From Candidatus Heimdallarchaeota archaeon (lineage in GTDB: Archaea; Asgardarchaeota; Heimdallarchaeia; Heimdallarchaeales; Heimdallarchaeaceae): a stretch of 17,513 bases of DNA. Within the stretch, counting starts at the first letter, position 1; every line of letters begins with the position of its first letter. Positions 7,354 through 16,119 of this stretch are shown in pieces. The stretch covers positions 1 through 17,513 of the forward strand of contig JABCTC010000059.1 in the NCBI GenBank assembly GCA_018238545.1. The letters are read 5' to 3'. Below the pieces are notes generated by a model that searched no databases, was not told the DNA's origin, and saw nothing but the letters and a program-made list of their open reading frames with translations. The position numbers were made by a program, and so were the translations under genes.

Positions 7354-7671
7354 ATGTCTTCTTCCTTTTTTATTAAAGTAATAAAGCAGTCAAGAGAAAG
7401 GCTAGTTGCCGCATGTGATGAAGAAATTATGGAAGTGGAACTCTTAAGCCATGGAGTTAAGATTAAGGCTAGTAAAACTTTCTATGGCATTGAACTAGTT
7501 TCTGCAGATGAATTATTGGATGAAGTTAAGAGAAGCACATCTGTTAATGTAATAGGAACAAGAGCAGTAAACCTTCTTATAGAAAACCGGATTATTCATG
7601 AAGAAGCAATTTTATGGTTTGATCACCCTGACAAAAAGACGAAAGTTGGCCATGCGATGATGTTAAGATGA
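7354..7671 (+). CDS. DUF424 family protein
   Basis: LVAACDEE, FYG, SVNVIG.RAV and a terminal HAMM, in the known aIF-2beta/DUF424/NMD3 neighbourhood. ATG 7354 with GAGTGA upstream avoids overlapping aIF-2beta. Confidence 0.85.
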   Translation: MSSSFFIKVIKQSRERLVAACDEEIMEVELLSHGVKIKASKTFYGIELVSADELLDEVKRSTSVNVIGTRAVNLLIENRIIHEEAILWFDHPDKKTKVGHAMMLR

Positions 7672-7716
7672 ATAAGAAAAGGCTTATTTGGGTTAAGGAA
7701 AAGATTTATTGTAAAG

Positions 7717-8823
7717 GTGAGTAAGATTTCTGAAAGAGGACGATTTTGCGCCGTATGTGGTACTATGGATAAAATACTTCTTGACAACTTGTGCGAAACA
7801 TGTTACAAGAAAGAACACCCTCTTGACATTGAACTATTAAAAAGTCTGAATGTTGAAATATGCATCGATTGTGGTGTCCTCAGAGTTTTAAACACACGTA
7901 TAGACCCACATGTGAGGGAGGAGAACCTGGAAGAGGTTATAAGAGAAGTTGTAAGAAGTGCTGTTTTATCTAAATTTCACTCTGCAGACCCCTATGAAGC
8001 TGAATTTGAAGATGATATAGAAAATGATAAAATCATGAATTATGGTGTTAAATACTTCGAACTTAAAACAAAAATCATTTTGCAGCCACATGAAGAATTT
8101 TCTCCCTTCGAGAAAGATTTTGTCACTAGACTGAAAATGAAGAGAACTATCTGTAATGATTGTTCATTGTATAAATCTGGTTATTTTGAAGCTATTCTGC
8201 AGGTTCGAGCAGATAAAAGAAGATTAACAGATGATGAATTAGACAGATTTGAAAATCTCATCAATGATATGATGAAGCAACATGAAGATTCTAAACTATC
8301 TTACATATTAGATATAAAAGTTGAACCCGATGGTATTACTGCTCAAGTGAGTACAAAAATACTAGCTTCAAATTTAGCTAGAGAGATAAGAGCACAAACT
8401 GCAGGAAAACTTTCTACTGCATACGAACATAAAACAACATCAAAAGATGGAACAGAAGTCTACACAAACACTTACCTTGTCAGATTGCCTGCATTTGGTA
8501 ATGGTGACATTATTAATTTTGAGAAAGAAATCTGGAGAGTAAGAGCAATAAACGATGATCAAGTTAGATTAGAATCTCTTACAAACCATGAGGAAAGAAA
8601 GGTTGTACGAAAGAGAGTAGAAATCAGCGCTAAAAAGAGGAACGATGAGTTAGTGCCTCGAGAATATATGTTAGTTTCAACAGAAGGTCAAACCGTAGTT
8701 ATTATGGCAATGGACAACTATGAGAACTTTGATGATAATTTGGAGAGGTTACCTAAAAATAAAGCAATAGGCGAAACCATCAAAGGATTTCTACTGGATG
8801 AGAAAAATTATTACCTTGACTAA
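7717..8823 (+). CDS. nmd3: NMD3 family large-subunit maturation protein
   Basis: Four CxxC pairs (CAVC, CETC, CIDC, CNDC), SGYFEAILQVRA, TYLVRLP and a C-terminal SH3/OB-like region. GTG start. Confidence 0.92.
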   Translation: MSKISERGRFCAVCGTMDKILLDNLCETCYKKEHPLDIELLKSLNVEICIDCGVLRVLNTRIDPHVREENLEEVIREVVRSAVLSKFHSADPYEAEFEDDIENDKIMNYGVKYFELKTKIILQPHEEFSPFEKDFVTRLKMKRTICNDCSLYKSGYFEAILQVRADKRRLTDDELDRFENLINDMMKQHEDSKLSYILDIKVEPDGITAQVSTKILASNLAREIRAQTAGKLSTAYEHKTTSKDGTEVYTNTYLVRLPAFGNGDIINFEKEIWRVRAINDDQVRLESLTNHEERKVVRKRVEISAKKRNDELVPREYMLVSTEGQTVVIMAMDNYENFDDNLERLPKNKAIGETIKGFLLDEKNYYLD

Positions 8824-8888
8824 TTCCCCCTATTTTCGTTGTGTAGATAAGTTTTTTATTTGTAATTAAACTGCCTTCTTCGATTATT

Positions 8889-10679
8889 ATGCCAAAGAAC
8901 GAAATTGCTTGGGATTTATCTGAGATGTTTAAAGGTCCTGATGATTCTAGAATAAATGAAGTTTTGAAAAAACTTGATAAACAAGTTGATGAGTTCATCA
9001 GAGACTATAAGGGTAAATTAAATTTTCCTGAATTCTCAGCTGATGATTTATTGGTTCTACTAAAAAAACAAGAAGATTTTACAGCTGATTTCTTTGAATT
9101 CAGCTCATTTGCTCGATTATCCTTCTCAGCAAACATGACAATACCTGAAATAAAGACACTATTTAACAAAGCACAGGAATACTCATCCAAAATAGGCGCT
9201 AAATTAGCTTTTCTTGAAATAGAAACTGGCAAATATGTTTATGAGAATGAGCAAGTTATTTCAGATCCAAAATTAGAGAGCTATAAACACTCTCTTGAAA
9301 AACTAAAGCGATCTTACCCTCATAGGTTGTCAGAAATAGAAGAGCAGCTAATTATTGAAAAAGATCAATATGGCATTATTGGGTGGCAACAACTTCAATC
9401 TAAATGGTTGAATACAAGGATGTTTGATGTTGAAGTGGAAGGAGAAACAAAAAAATTGTCCTACGGAGAAGCAAATGGATTGTTGGCGCATCCCGATAAA
9501 GATACAAGAAGGTCAGCTAACAAGGCTATATATGGTGTACTTGGAAAAGATGAGGAAATATTCTCTTCAGCTATGCACAATATTTGCAGTGATTGGGTTA
9601 AAACCTCAAAAAGAAGAAAATATGATTCTCCCATGCATCAGAGTCTTATAGCCAATGATGTTGATCAAGAAATAATAGATAATTTAATGAAAGCGATAGA
9701 TGAACATTCTGTGATATATAGAAGATATCTAACTCTAAAAGCTAAAATGCTGAACTTGCCTAAATTAAGCTGTGAAGACCTTGTTGCACCTCTTCCTGAT
9801 GTTCCAAATACAGAATATACCTGGGAAAGAACACAAGAGTTGATCTTAAAGGCATATGGCAATTTTGATGAAGATTTTTATTCAACAGCAAAAGACATGT
9901 TTGAAAGAAATCATATAGATGCAAGTCCAAGAATGGGAAAGAGAAACGGAGCTTTTTGTGCAAGTTGGTATAAAGGAAAAACATCTTACATACTTCAAAC
10001 TTTTACCGGAGCACTCGGCAATGTTTACACACTAGCACACGAGCTTGGACATGCAGTGCATGGATATATGGTTTCAAGAGAGCAATCGATAATAAATGCA
10101 AGATATCCAATGGTTATAGCCGAAGTAGCATCAATATTTGGAGAACTACTACTAACAGATCTTCTATTAAGTGAAGCAGAAACTAAAGAAGAAAAGAAGG
10201 CAATACTTAGCAGAGTGTTGGATGGTGCAGGCATGGCAACTTTTCAGGTTAGTGCAAGAGTGTGGTTCGAGCAAAATATGTACAAAACAGTTGCCGAAGG
10301 TGGCTTTCTAGATGGAAAAACGATCTCAAAACTTTGGACAGAAGCAAGAGATAAAATCTATGGAGATGCAGTGGAGTGGTTTGAGGAGATGAATTGGGAG
10401 TGGACTATGAAACCCCACTACTACATGCCAAACTTCAGATTCTACAACTATCCATATGTTTTCGCACAAATGTTTGTCTACACTCTATACCAATTGTATA
10501 AAGAACAAGGCGATGCTTTCATACCAAAACTGAAGTTAATTCTAAAATCTGGTGGAAGTAAATCTCCAAAAGAATTCGGAGAAATGATGGGAGTAGATAT
10601 CACAAAACCTGATTTCTGGAAATTAGGGATGAAACAATACGAAAGATTTGTAAATGAATTAGAAGAAATAGTAAGTTGA
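8889..10679 (+). CDS. pepF: M3B oligoendopeptidase F
   Basis: N-terminal WDLSEMF, HIDASPR.GKRNGAFC, zinc motif TLAHELGHAVH, AEVASIFGE and HYY...FYNYPY. Confidence 0.95.
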   Translation: MPKNEIAWDLSEMFKGPDDSRINEVLKKLDKQVDEFIRDYKGKLNFPEFSADDLLVLLKKQEDFTADFFEFSSFARLSFSANMTIPEIKTLFNKAQEYSSKIGAKLAFLEIETGKYVYENEQVISDPKLESYKHSLEKLKRSYPHRLSEIEEQLIIEKDQYGIIGWQQLQSKWLNTRMFDVEVEGETKKLSYGEANGLLAHPDKDTRRSANKAIYGVLGKDEEIFSSAMHNICSDWVKTSKRRKYDSPMHQSLIANDVDQEIIDNLMKAIDEHSVIYRRYLTLKAKMLNLPKLSCEDLVAPLPDVPNTEYTWERTQELILKAYGNFDEDFYSTAKDMFERNHIDASPRMGKRNGAFCASWYKGKTSYILQTFTGALGNVYTLAHELGHAVHGYMVSREQSIINARYPMVIAEVASIFGELLLTDLLLSEAETKEEKKAILSRVLDGAGMATFQVSARVWFEQNMYKTVAEGGFLDGKTISKLWTEARDKIYGDAVEWFEEMNWEWTMKPHYYMPNFRFYNYPYVFAQMFVYTLYQLYKEQGDAFIPKLKLILKSGGSKSPKEFGEMMGVDITKPDFWKLGMKQYERFVNELEEIVS

Positions 10680-10796
10680 AATCTATAGATAATTTCATCT
10701 TCTTTTTTTGTTTTGTTAAATTATATACGAATACTAGTTATCTTTTTATTCTCCATTCTTTTCATCGTTTATTGTGATTGTATTCAGGTGAATCCT

Positions 10797-11219
10797 ATGT
10801 CTCAGATTTATGTGTTTCTTCAGATTTTGGAATATCTTCGTAAAAAAGGCTTGCAGACTATTGAAGTGATTGATAATGAAGGCGCATGGAATTATAGGGT
10901 AGCTCCTAAAGAATTCAGTGTCCAAGAAACCTTCCATCATACAGTAAAATCTATTTTTGAAGATACAGGGAATTGGTTTCTTAATGACACCAAACCATTT
11001 AAAGCTTCGGACAATCCCATTGCAGACCTCAATAAATCAATTAATCGTATGGTTGGAGCAATAAAGGATTTTACTAATGAAAAGATAAGTGAAGACTTTG
11101 TTTTTCAGTGGGGAGAAAAAACAACTATAGGGGGAGCAATAACACAAAACCTTTTTCATGCTGCAGAGCATTTTAGTCAACTTAGACACAGAGTGGGAAT
11201 TTATAAGAGGAATAAATGA
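10797..11219 (+). CDS. DinB/YfiT-superfamily protein
   Basis: WNYRVAP..FSVQETFHH and C-terminal HAAEHFSQL fit the DinB His-triad pattern. ATG 10797 follows AGGTGA; the track's upstream extension is T-rich intergenic sequence. Confidence 0.75.
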   Translation: MSQIYVFLQILEYLRKKGLQTIEVIDNEGAWNYRVAPKEFSVQETFHHTVKSIFEDTGNWFLNDTKPFKASDNPIADLNKSINRMVGAIKDFTNEKISEDFVFQWGEKTTIGGAITQNLFHAAEHFSQLRHRVGIYKRNK

Positions 11220-11276
11220 GAATATATAACAAAATTAGAAAAAATAGGTAAAATCAATAGAAATTTTGGAATTATT

Positions 11277-11334
11277 ATGAATTTAGAGAAAATATCACAA
11301 TATCAAATTTGGGAAAATAATAAGCTTAGAGAAA
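11277..11334 (+). pseudogene. 5' remnant of a probable second DinB-family gene
   Basis: MNLEKISQYQIWENNKLRE resembles the DinB N-terminal YxxWAN helix. The frame then runs into pepF-derived sequence out of frame and stops at 11381. Confidence 0.45.
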
Positions 11335-11499
11335 GCATTCATTCCAAAACTAAAGCAAATCTTGAAATCCGAAGGAAGTAAATCTACTGAAGAGTTCGGG
11401 GAACTAATGAGACTAGATATCACCAAACCTGATTTCTGGAAATTAGGCATGAAACAATACGAAAGATTTGTGGATGAATTGGAAAAACTAGTCGAATAA
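11335..11499 (+). pseudogene. 3' remnant of a second oligoendopeptidase F paralog (diverged repeat of 10515-10679)
   Basis: A gap-free 165-nt match to the pepF 3' end translates AFIPKLKQILKSEGSKSTEEFGELMRLDITKPDFWKLGMKQYERFVDELEKLVE*, 43/54 aa identical by hand alignment. There is no upstream pepF sequence. Confidence 0.92.
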
Positions 11500-11629
11500 A
11501 CTGGTTTTTCCTAATCTTTTTTCATTTTTACTTTCCTTTACATAATTACACTTTTTGTTTATCCTATTTTTCAAAGCTTAAAGAAAACCTTAAAAAAAGA
11601 TAATACGAACAAGGAAACGAGCATAGGTC

Positions 11630-11733
11630 GGGAACTTGGCTCAGTCCGGTAGAGTGGTTGGCTCCAGAGAACATTGTTTATCAATGTCGGCAAAACCAAT
11701 TGGTCGGGTGTTCAAATCACCCAGTTCCCACCA
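11630..11733 (+). tRNA. trnW: tRNA-Trp (anticodon CCA) with a 27-nt intron at 37/38 (11668-11694) and encoded CCA end
   Basis: Acceptor stem GGGAACT/AGTTCCC + A-CCA, D arm GCTC/GAGT, anticodon stem GTTGG/CCAAT with CT-CCA-G, and T arm GGGTG-TTCAAAT-CACCC. Removing the intron gives 77 nt. A T-tract follows. Confidence 0.95.
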
Positions 11734-11902
11734 TTTTATACATCTTACATAATTTCCTTTGGTATATTATCACTAATTTAGTGAAACTTTTTTCGAGTTA
11801 ATTCGCTGAAAATTTATATATTACATTCTACTATTGTTTTCTGGTAATTACTTACTAAGCTTTCAATATTATTATTCAAAGTTGATGGTGAAAAAATTGG
11901 AA

Positions 11903-14830
11903 ATGAAATTCAATAAAAACTCTCTTCGTGTCATTTTTACAGTTTTTGTAATAATGATTCTTGCAAACCAAATTGTACCTCTTAATGCAGTTAAACCTGA
12001 TAATATACCTCCCATTGTAACTATTCTTACCCCCTCTGATGGAGCAACTGTTAGTGGTGCCGTATCAATAAGTTTTGAGGCATATGATCAACAAAACTCG
12101 ATAAAGGAACATGGTATTAGAATTGATGGTGTTACAGTTATAACCTATTCGTATATGTATTCTTGGGATTCCACAACTTATTCAAATGGTTCTCATACAA
12201 TCGAAGCTTATGCTAAGGATAAAACTGTAGAAGGTACAGATTCCGTAGTTGTAACTGTTTCTAACGGAGGTTCTGGTGATACAACCCCCCCTGTAGTCAC
12301 TATTACTGCTCCAAACGATGGTGCTACCGTTTCCGGAACAATAACTATTTCTGTTTCTGCTACTGATGAAAATGGAATAGACATACAATCCATATTTATT
12401 GATGGAATCTTGGTGGCTAGTAGTTCTTCCTATTCTTGGGACACTACCTTAGAACAGGATGGGTCACACATTATTCGAGCTGAGGCAACTGACCCCTCCT
12501 CTAATTTAGGGCTCGATAGTATTTCTGTTACAGTGAACAATTCCATCACTGGTTCTCCTTTCAAAGTAATGGCATACAACATAAAAGAGAGTGGTGAATC
12601 TTCAACTCATCCAGATTGGAAAGATGTGGTATATGAAGAAAATGCCGATATCCTCATTTTTGTTGAAACAGGTTATTGGGACGATAATAGCAATGCTAAA
12701 CTTGACCAATATGTTGCAGAATTTAATGCTTACTTCTCCAGTGAGGATCCATACGTCGGTTATACCTTACAGGATATTAGTTACAGTACAAGTGGTGCTG
12801 CAATACTTAGTCGTTTTCCAATTTTGGAAACTAATCAACTTCTGACCGTTCCTCTTGATGATAGTACAAATTATGATGTTACTCATGATTTCTTACATGC
12901 TATAGTCAATGTTTATGGTGCCCCCATCCATATGATTGGTTCTCATCTTAAGGCTATGACGGGTGCAGATAACGAGCAAAGACGTGAGTGGGAACAAGAA
13001 GGCATTATTAATTATATGGATAATCTTGGTTCAGTTCCCATTATGTATATGGGTGACCTCAATTCTTTCAGTCCAGAGGATTACACACTCAATACACTTC
13101 AGAGTGGTTTGGGTTATGGTCCTTGCTCTATGTTAGTTCCCCCCTATGTTAATCCTGAAACTAGCGAAGATTTCAGTCAATATCAATCAGCGATTCATGA
13201 TTTCACAGATGTATTCAGAACATTACATCCAACTGATTTAGGAATCACATCTCCTGATTATGATTCGAGAATAGATTATATCTATGTAAATCAACAACTC
13301 GCTTCTTATATCCTAAGTTCTACAACTGGTGATACTGCACACGCTTTAACAGGATCAGATCATCTTTCTGTCGATGCTATTATTGATTTAAGTGGAAGTG
13401 GTGGAGATTTCATTCCCCCCTCAGTTACAATAACAAATCCTGTCGATGATTCTATAGTTAGCGATTCAATTACTATCACAGTAGATGCTACTGATGATGA
13501 TAGTGTGGTATCACAAAAAATACTCATAGATGGAATTGAAGTGTCAACAGGTTCTTCCTATGTCTGGGATACAACTGCTTATTCAGAAGGTATCCATACT
13601 GTAAGAGCAGAAGCAACAGACCCATCATCAAATGTTGGTATTCATCAAATTTCTGTAATAGTTGATAATGATGGTGTTGTAGCTATTCCTTCTATGGTAG
13701 TCATCAATGAATACCTTCCAGATCCCTTTAGTCTCTACACTGAAGAGTGGATTGAACTGTATAATCCAGTAGGTGAGGAAATAGATCTTTCTGGTTGTAA
13801 ACTTGATGATCTTATCGGTGGAGGAACTTCAGCCTATACTCTTCCTGGTGGAACCTTAATACCAGCAAATGGTTATCTTGTTTTGTATCAGTCAACAACT
13901 GGTATTTATTTGAACAATGCTGGTGATGATGTTAACTTTATTGATACAGATGGTTCTACTATTATTGACTCTCACACATATTCTAGCAGTGCTGATGACA
14001 CTTCCATAGGCCGAGAGACTGACGGTGCTTCTACTTGGACTACTTTTGCTATTCCAACCCCTGGTGCTGCGAATGATGGTGGTTCATCTAGTGGTGATGT
14101 TTTTGACATAATCATTAATGAATACCTTCCTGACCCATATGTTCTATATTCTGAGGAATGGATAGAGTTGTACAATCCTTCGGTTGAAGATGTTGATCTT
14201 TCAGGATGCGTGTTAGATGATCTTATCGGTGGAGGAACCTCTGCCTATACTCTTCCGGGTGGAACGATAATTGCCGCTGGTGGATACTTGGTGTTTTATC
14301 AGGGTACAACTGGTTTAGCTCTGAATAATGATGGTGATGATGTTAACCTTTTAGCAACTGATGGTTCTACACTTATTGACTCCCATACATATTCCAGTAG
14401 CGCTAATGACATCTCCATAGGTCGAGAGACTGATGGTGCTGCTACTTGGACTACTTTTACTACTCCAACCCCCGGTGCTACAAATGGAGGTACTTCAACT
14501 TCAGAAATTCATGTTCATTCAATCACAGTAACCCATATACAGGCTGGACCTCCAAATAATCCAAAATACACTGTGATTGTAACAGTTTCTGTGAGGGATA
14601 GTGATGAAAATGCAATAGCTGATGTTTTAGTGACAGTTGAGTTAACACTTCCTGATAATTCAAAAATAGTTCTAACTGCAACTACTAATGCAGAAGGAAT
14701 AGCCAATTTAACGTTTGCAAACATAAGACAATCGGGAACGTTTATTGCAACCGTGACAAATTTAGCTAAAGATGGATGTTTATATCATCCTGCATCAAAT
14801 GTGGAAACATCAGAACAATATGTAATCTAA
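11903..14830 (+). CDS. Secreted multidomain EEP (endonuclease/exonuclease/phosphatase) enzyme: signal peptide, Ig, Ig, EEP, Ig, lamin-tail domain x2, C-terminal beta-sandwich
   Basis: Signal peptide MKFNKNSLRVIFTVFVIMILA. DxxPPxVTIxxP Ig repeats start at 11999, 12278 and 13406. EEP motifs are MAYNI, DILIFVE, HLKA, MGDLNS, RIDYIYV and SDHL. There are two INEYLPDP..EEWIELYNP...LNN.GD.V..PTPGA.N domains. ATG 11903 follows GGTGA; ATG 11885 is an alternative. Confidence 0.88.
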   Translation: MKFNKNSLRVIFTVFVIMILANQIVPLNAVKPDNIPPIVTILTPSDGATVSGAVSISFEAYDQQNSIKEHGIRIDGVTVITYSYMYSWDSTTYSNGSHTIEAYAKDKTVEGTDSVVVTVSNGGSGDTTPPVVTITAPNDGATVSGTITISVSATDENGIDIQSIFIDGILVASSSSYSWDTTLEQDGSHIIRAEATDPSSNLGLDSISVTVNNSITGSPFKVMAYNIKESGESSTHPDWKDVVYEENADILIFVETGYWDDNSNAKLDQYVAEFNAYFSSEDPYVGYTLQDISYSTSGAAILSRFPILETNQLLTVPLDDSTNYDVTHDFLHAIVNVYGAPIHMIGSHLKAMTGADNEQRREWEQEGIINYMDNLGSVPIMYMGDLNSFSPEDYTLNTLQSGLGYGPCSMLVPPYVNPETSEDFSQYQSAIHDFTDVFRTLHPTDLGITSPDYDSRIDYIYVNQQLASYILSSTTGDTAHALTGSDHLSVDAIIDLSGSGGDFIPPSVTITNPVDDSIVSDSITITVDATDDDSVVSQKILIDGIEVSTGSSYVWDTTAYSEGIHTVRAEATDPSSNVGIHQISVIVDNDGVVAIPSMVVINEYLPDPFSLYTEEWIELYNPVGEEIDLSGCKLDDLIGGGTSAYTLPGGTLIPANGYLVLYQSTTGIYLNNAGDDVNFIDTDGSTIIDSHTYSSSADDTSIGRETDGASTWTTFAIPTPGAANDGGSSSGDVFDIIINEYLPDPYVLYSEEWIELYNPSVEDVDLSGCVLDDLIGGGTSAYTLPGGTIIAAGGYLVFYQGTTGLALNNDGDDVNLLATDGSTLIDSHTYSSSANDISIGRETDGAATWTTFTTPTPGATNGGTSTSEIHVHSITVTHIQAGPPNNPKYTVIVTVSVRDSDENAIADVLVTVELTLPDNSKIVLTATTNAEGIANLTFANIRQSGTFIATVTNLAKDGCLYHPASNVETSEQYVI
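13703..14491 (+). repeat. Intragenic tandem duplication of the lamin-tail domain (about 13703-14080 and 14114-14491, period 411 nt)
   Basis: Long shared nucleotide tracts occur in both copies, e.g. GATGATCTTATCGGTGGAGGAAC, GCCTATACTCTTCC and GGTGATGATGTTAAC. Confidence 0.9.
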
Positions 14831-14852
14831 TTTTTTTTACCTTTCTTTTTTT
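14831..14852 (+). terminator. Oligo-T archaeal-type terminator
   Basis: TTTTTTTTACCTTTCTTTTTTT immediately follows the stop codon, between convergent genes. Confidence 0.55.
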
Positions 14853-14862
14853 TACATTACTT

Positions 14863-15891
14863 CTACTCAAAGAAAGCTTTAGCTACTTCATATGTCTCTT
14901 TGTCGACTATCTTTGATTCCTTTATCCCATCCAATATTGTTACTGATCTAACTTTTGTTCCTTGAAGAGATGTCATCATACCAAATTCCCCTTTGTGAAC
15001 CATATCAATTGCAGCAATTCCGTATTTTGTGCCTAAAACTCTATCATAAGCTGTCGGCGTTCCTCCTCTTTGTACATGCCCCAATACCACTACTCTTGAT
15101 TCTATTCCTGTCCTCTTTTCTATTACTCTTGCCAACCCCTCTCCTATCCCTCCTAGTCTCACATTTCCGAAATCATCCATCTCTCTGGATTGAGCTAAAA
15201 CTCCTGTTTCTAGTAATGTTGCCCCTTCAGCTACCACGATAATTGAAAACAACTTACCTCTTTCTATTCTTCCTTTTACTACTTCAATTATGTCATCTAC
15301 TGTACAAGGTACTTCAGGTATTAGTATAAAATCTGCTCCTCCTGCTATTCCGGAATATGTTGCTATCCATCCTGCATGTCTACCCATCACTTCTACTACC
15401 ATACATCTGTGATGTGATTCAGCTGTTGTGTGTAAACGATCGATAGCTTCTGTTGCAACTGAAACAGCTGTATCAAAACCAAATGTCATATCGGTTGCAC
15501 AGATATCATTGTCTATGGTTTTAGGTACACCAATTACAGGAATGCCCATCTCATGTAATTTTTGTGCTACACCTAATGTATCGTTACCGCCTATAACTAT
15601 TAGAGCATCAAGTTGTAGTTTCTTGAAATTTTCTATAGCTCGTTCGTATCCCCCTTCTTCTTTTTCTGGATTTGTTCTAGATGATCCTAAAATAGTCCCT
15701 CCTAAATGTAAAATACCACTTAGATTTTTGCGTTCCAAATTAACATAATTTAGATTCATTAATCCTGCCCACCCGTTTTTTAATCCAATAAACTCGTCAT
15801 TGTAATGAACAATGCCTTTTCTTCCTATTGCTCTTATTACAGCATTCAAACCAGGACAATCTCCTCCACCTGTTAATACGCCTATTCTCAT
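14863..15891 (-). CDS. pfkA: PfkA-family 6-phosphofructokinase, probably PPi-dependent
   Basis: MRIGVLTGGGDCPGLNAVIRA, GGTILGSSRTNP, IGGNDT, PKTIDND, VEVMGRHAGW and LGHVQRGGTP. The start is set at ATG 15891 (MRIGV). Confidence 0.95.
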   Translation of the reverse strand: MRIGVLTGGGDCPGLNAVIRAIGRKGIVHYNDEFIGLKNGWAGLMNLNYVNLERKNLSGILHLGGTILGSSRTNPEKEEGGYERAIENFKKLQLDALIVIGGNDTLGVAQKLHEMGIPVIGVPKTIDNDICATDMTFGFDTAVSVATEAIDRLHTTAESHHRCMVVEVMGRHAGWIATYSGIAGGADFILIPEVPCTVDDIIEVVKGRIERGKLFSIIVVAEGATLLETGVLAQSREMDDFGNVRLGGIGEGLARVIEKRTGIESRVVVLGHVQRGGTPTAYDRVLGTKYGIAAIDMVHKGEFGMMTSLQGTKVRSVTILDGIKESKIVDKETYEVAKAFFE

Positions 15892-16119
15892 TTGAATCAC
15901 AATTAGTACACTTACAAAGTGAAAATACATAAACGTTATTTTCGCAATGTTTTTTATATTTTAAATCCAACTTCATAATAGTTCTCAAAATGTGGTTAAG
16001 ATTAGCAGTGAATTGAAATTGGTTAGATGATAACAATGACTCTGACTCTGGAGCAATGAGCTTTTCTTTCACATGAGAAAAACTTCCTCCCTCATTCAAT
16101 CTTGAAATGCAAAGTTTTA

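Noticed and set aside
10713-10796. Hydrophobic N-terminal extension (signal peptide) on the DinB protein
   Set aside because: It derives from T-rich intergenic sequence, and a better ATG with an AGGTGA SD lies at 10797.
11657-11700. tRNA-Trp as a UGA suppressor explaining the TnpA stop
   Set aside because: The anticodon is CCA, G24 is normal and 27-43 can still form a G-U pair. TGA is a true stop in DUF424, pepF and the DinB gene.
11630-14862. Integrated element at tRNA-Trp
   Set aside because: No integrase and no duplicated tRNA 3' end (att site) are visible in the window.
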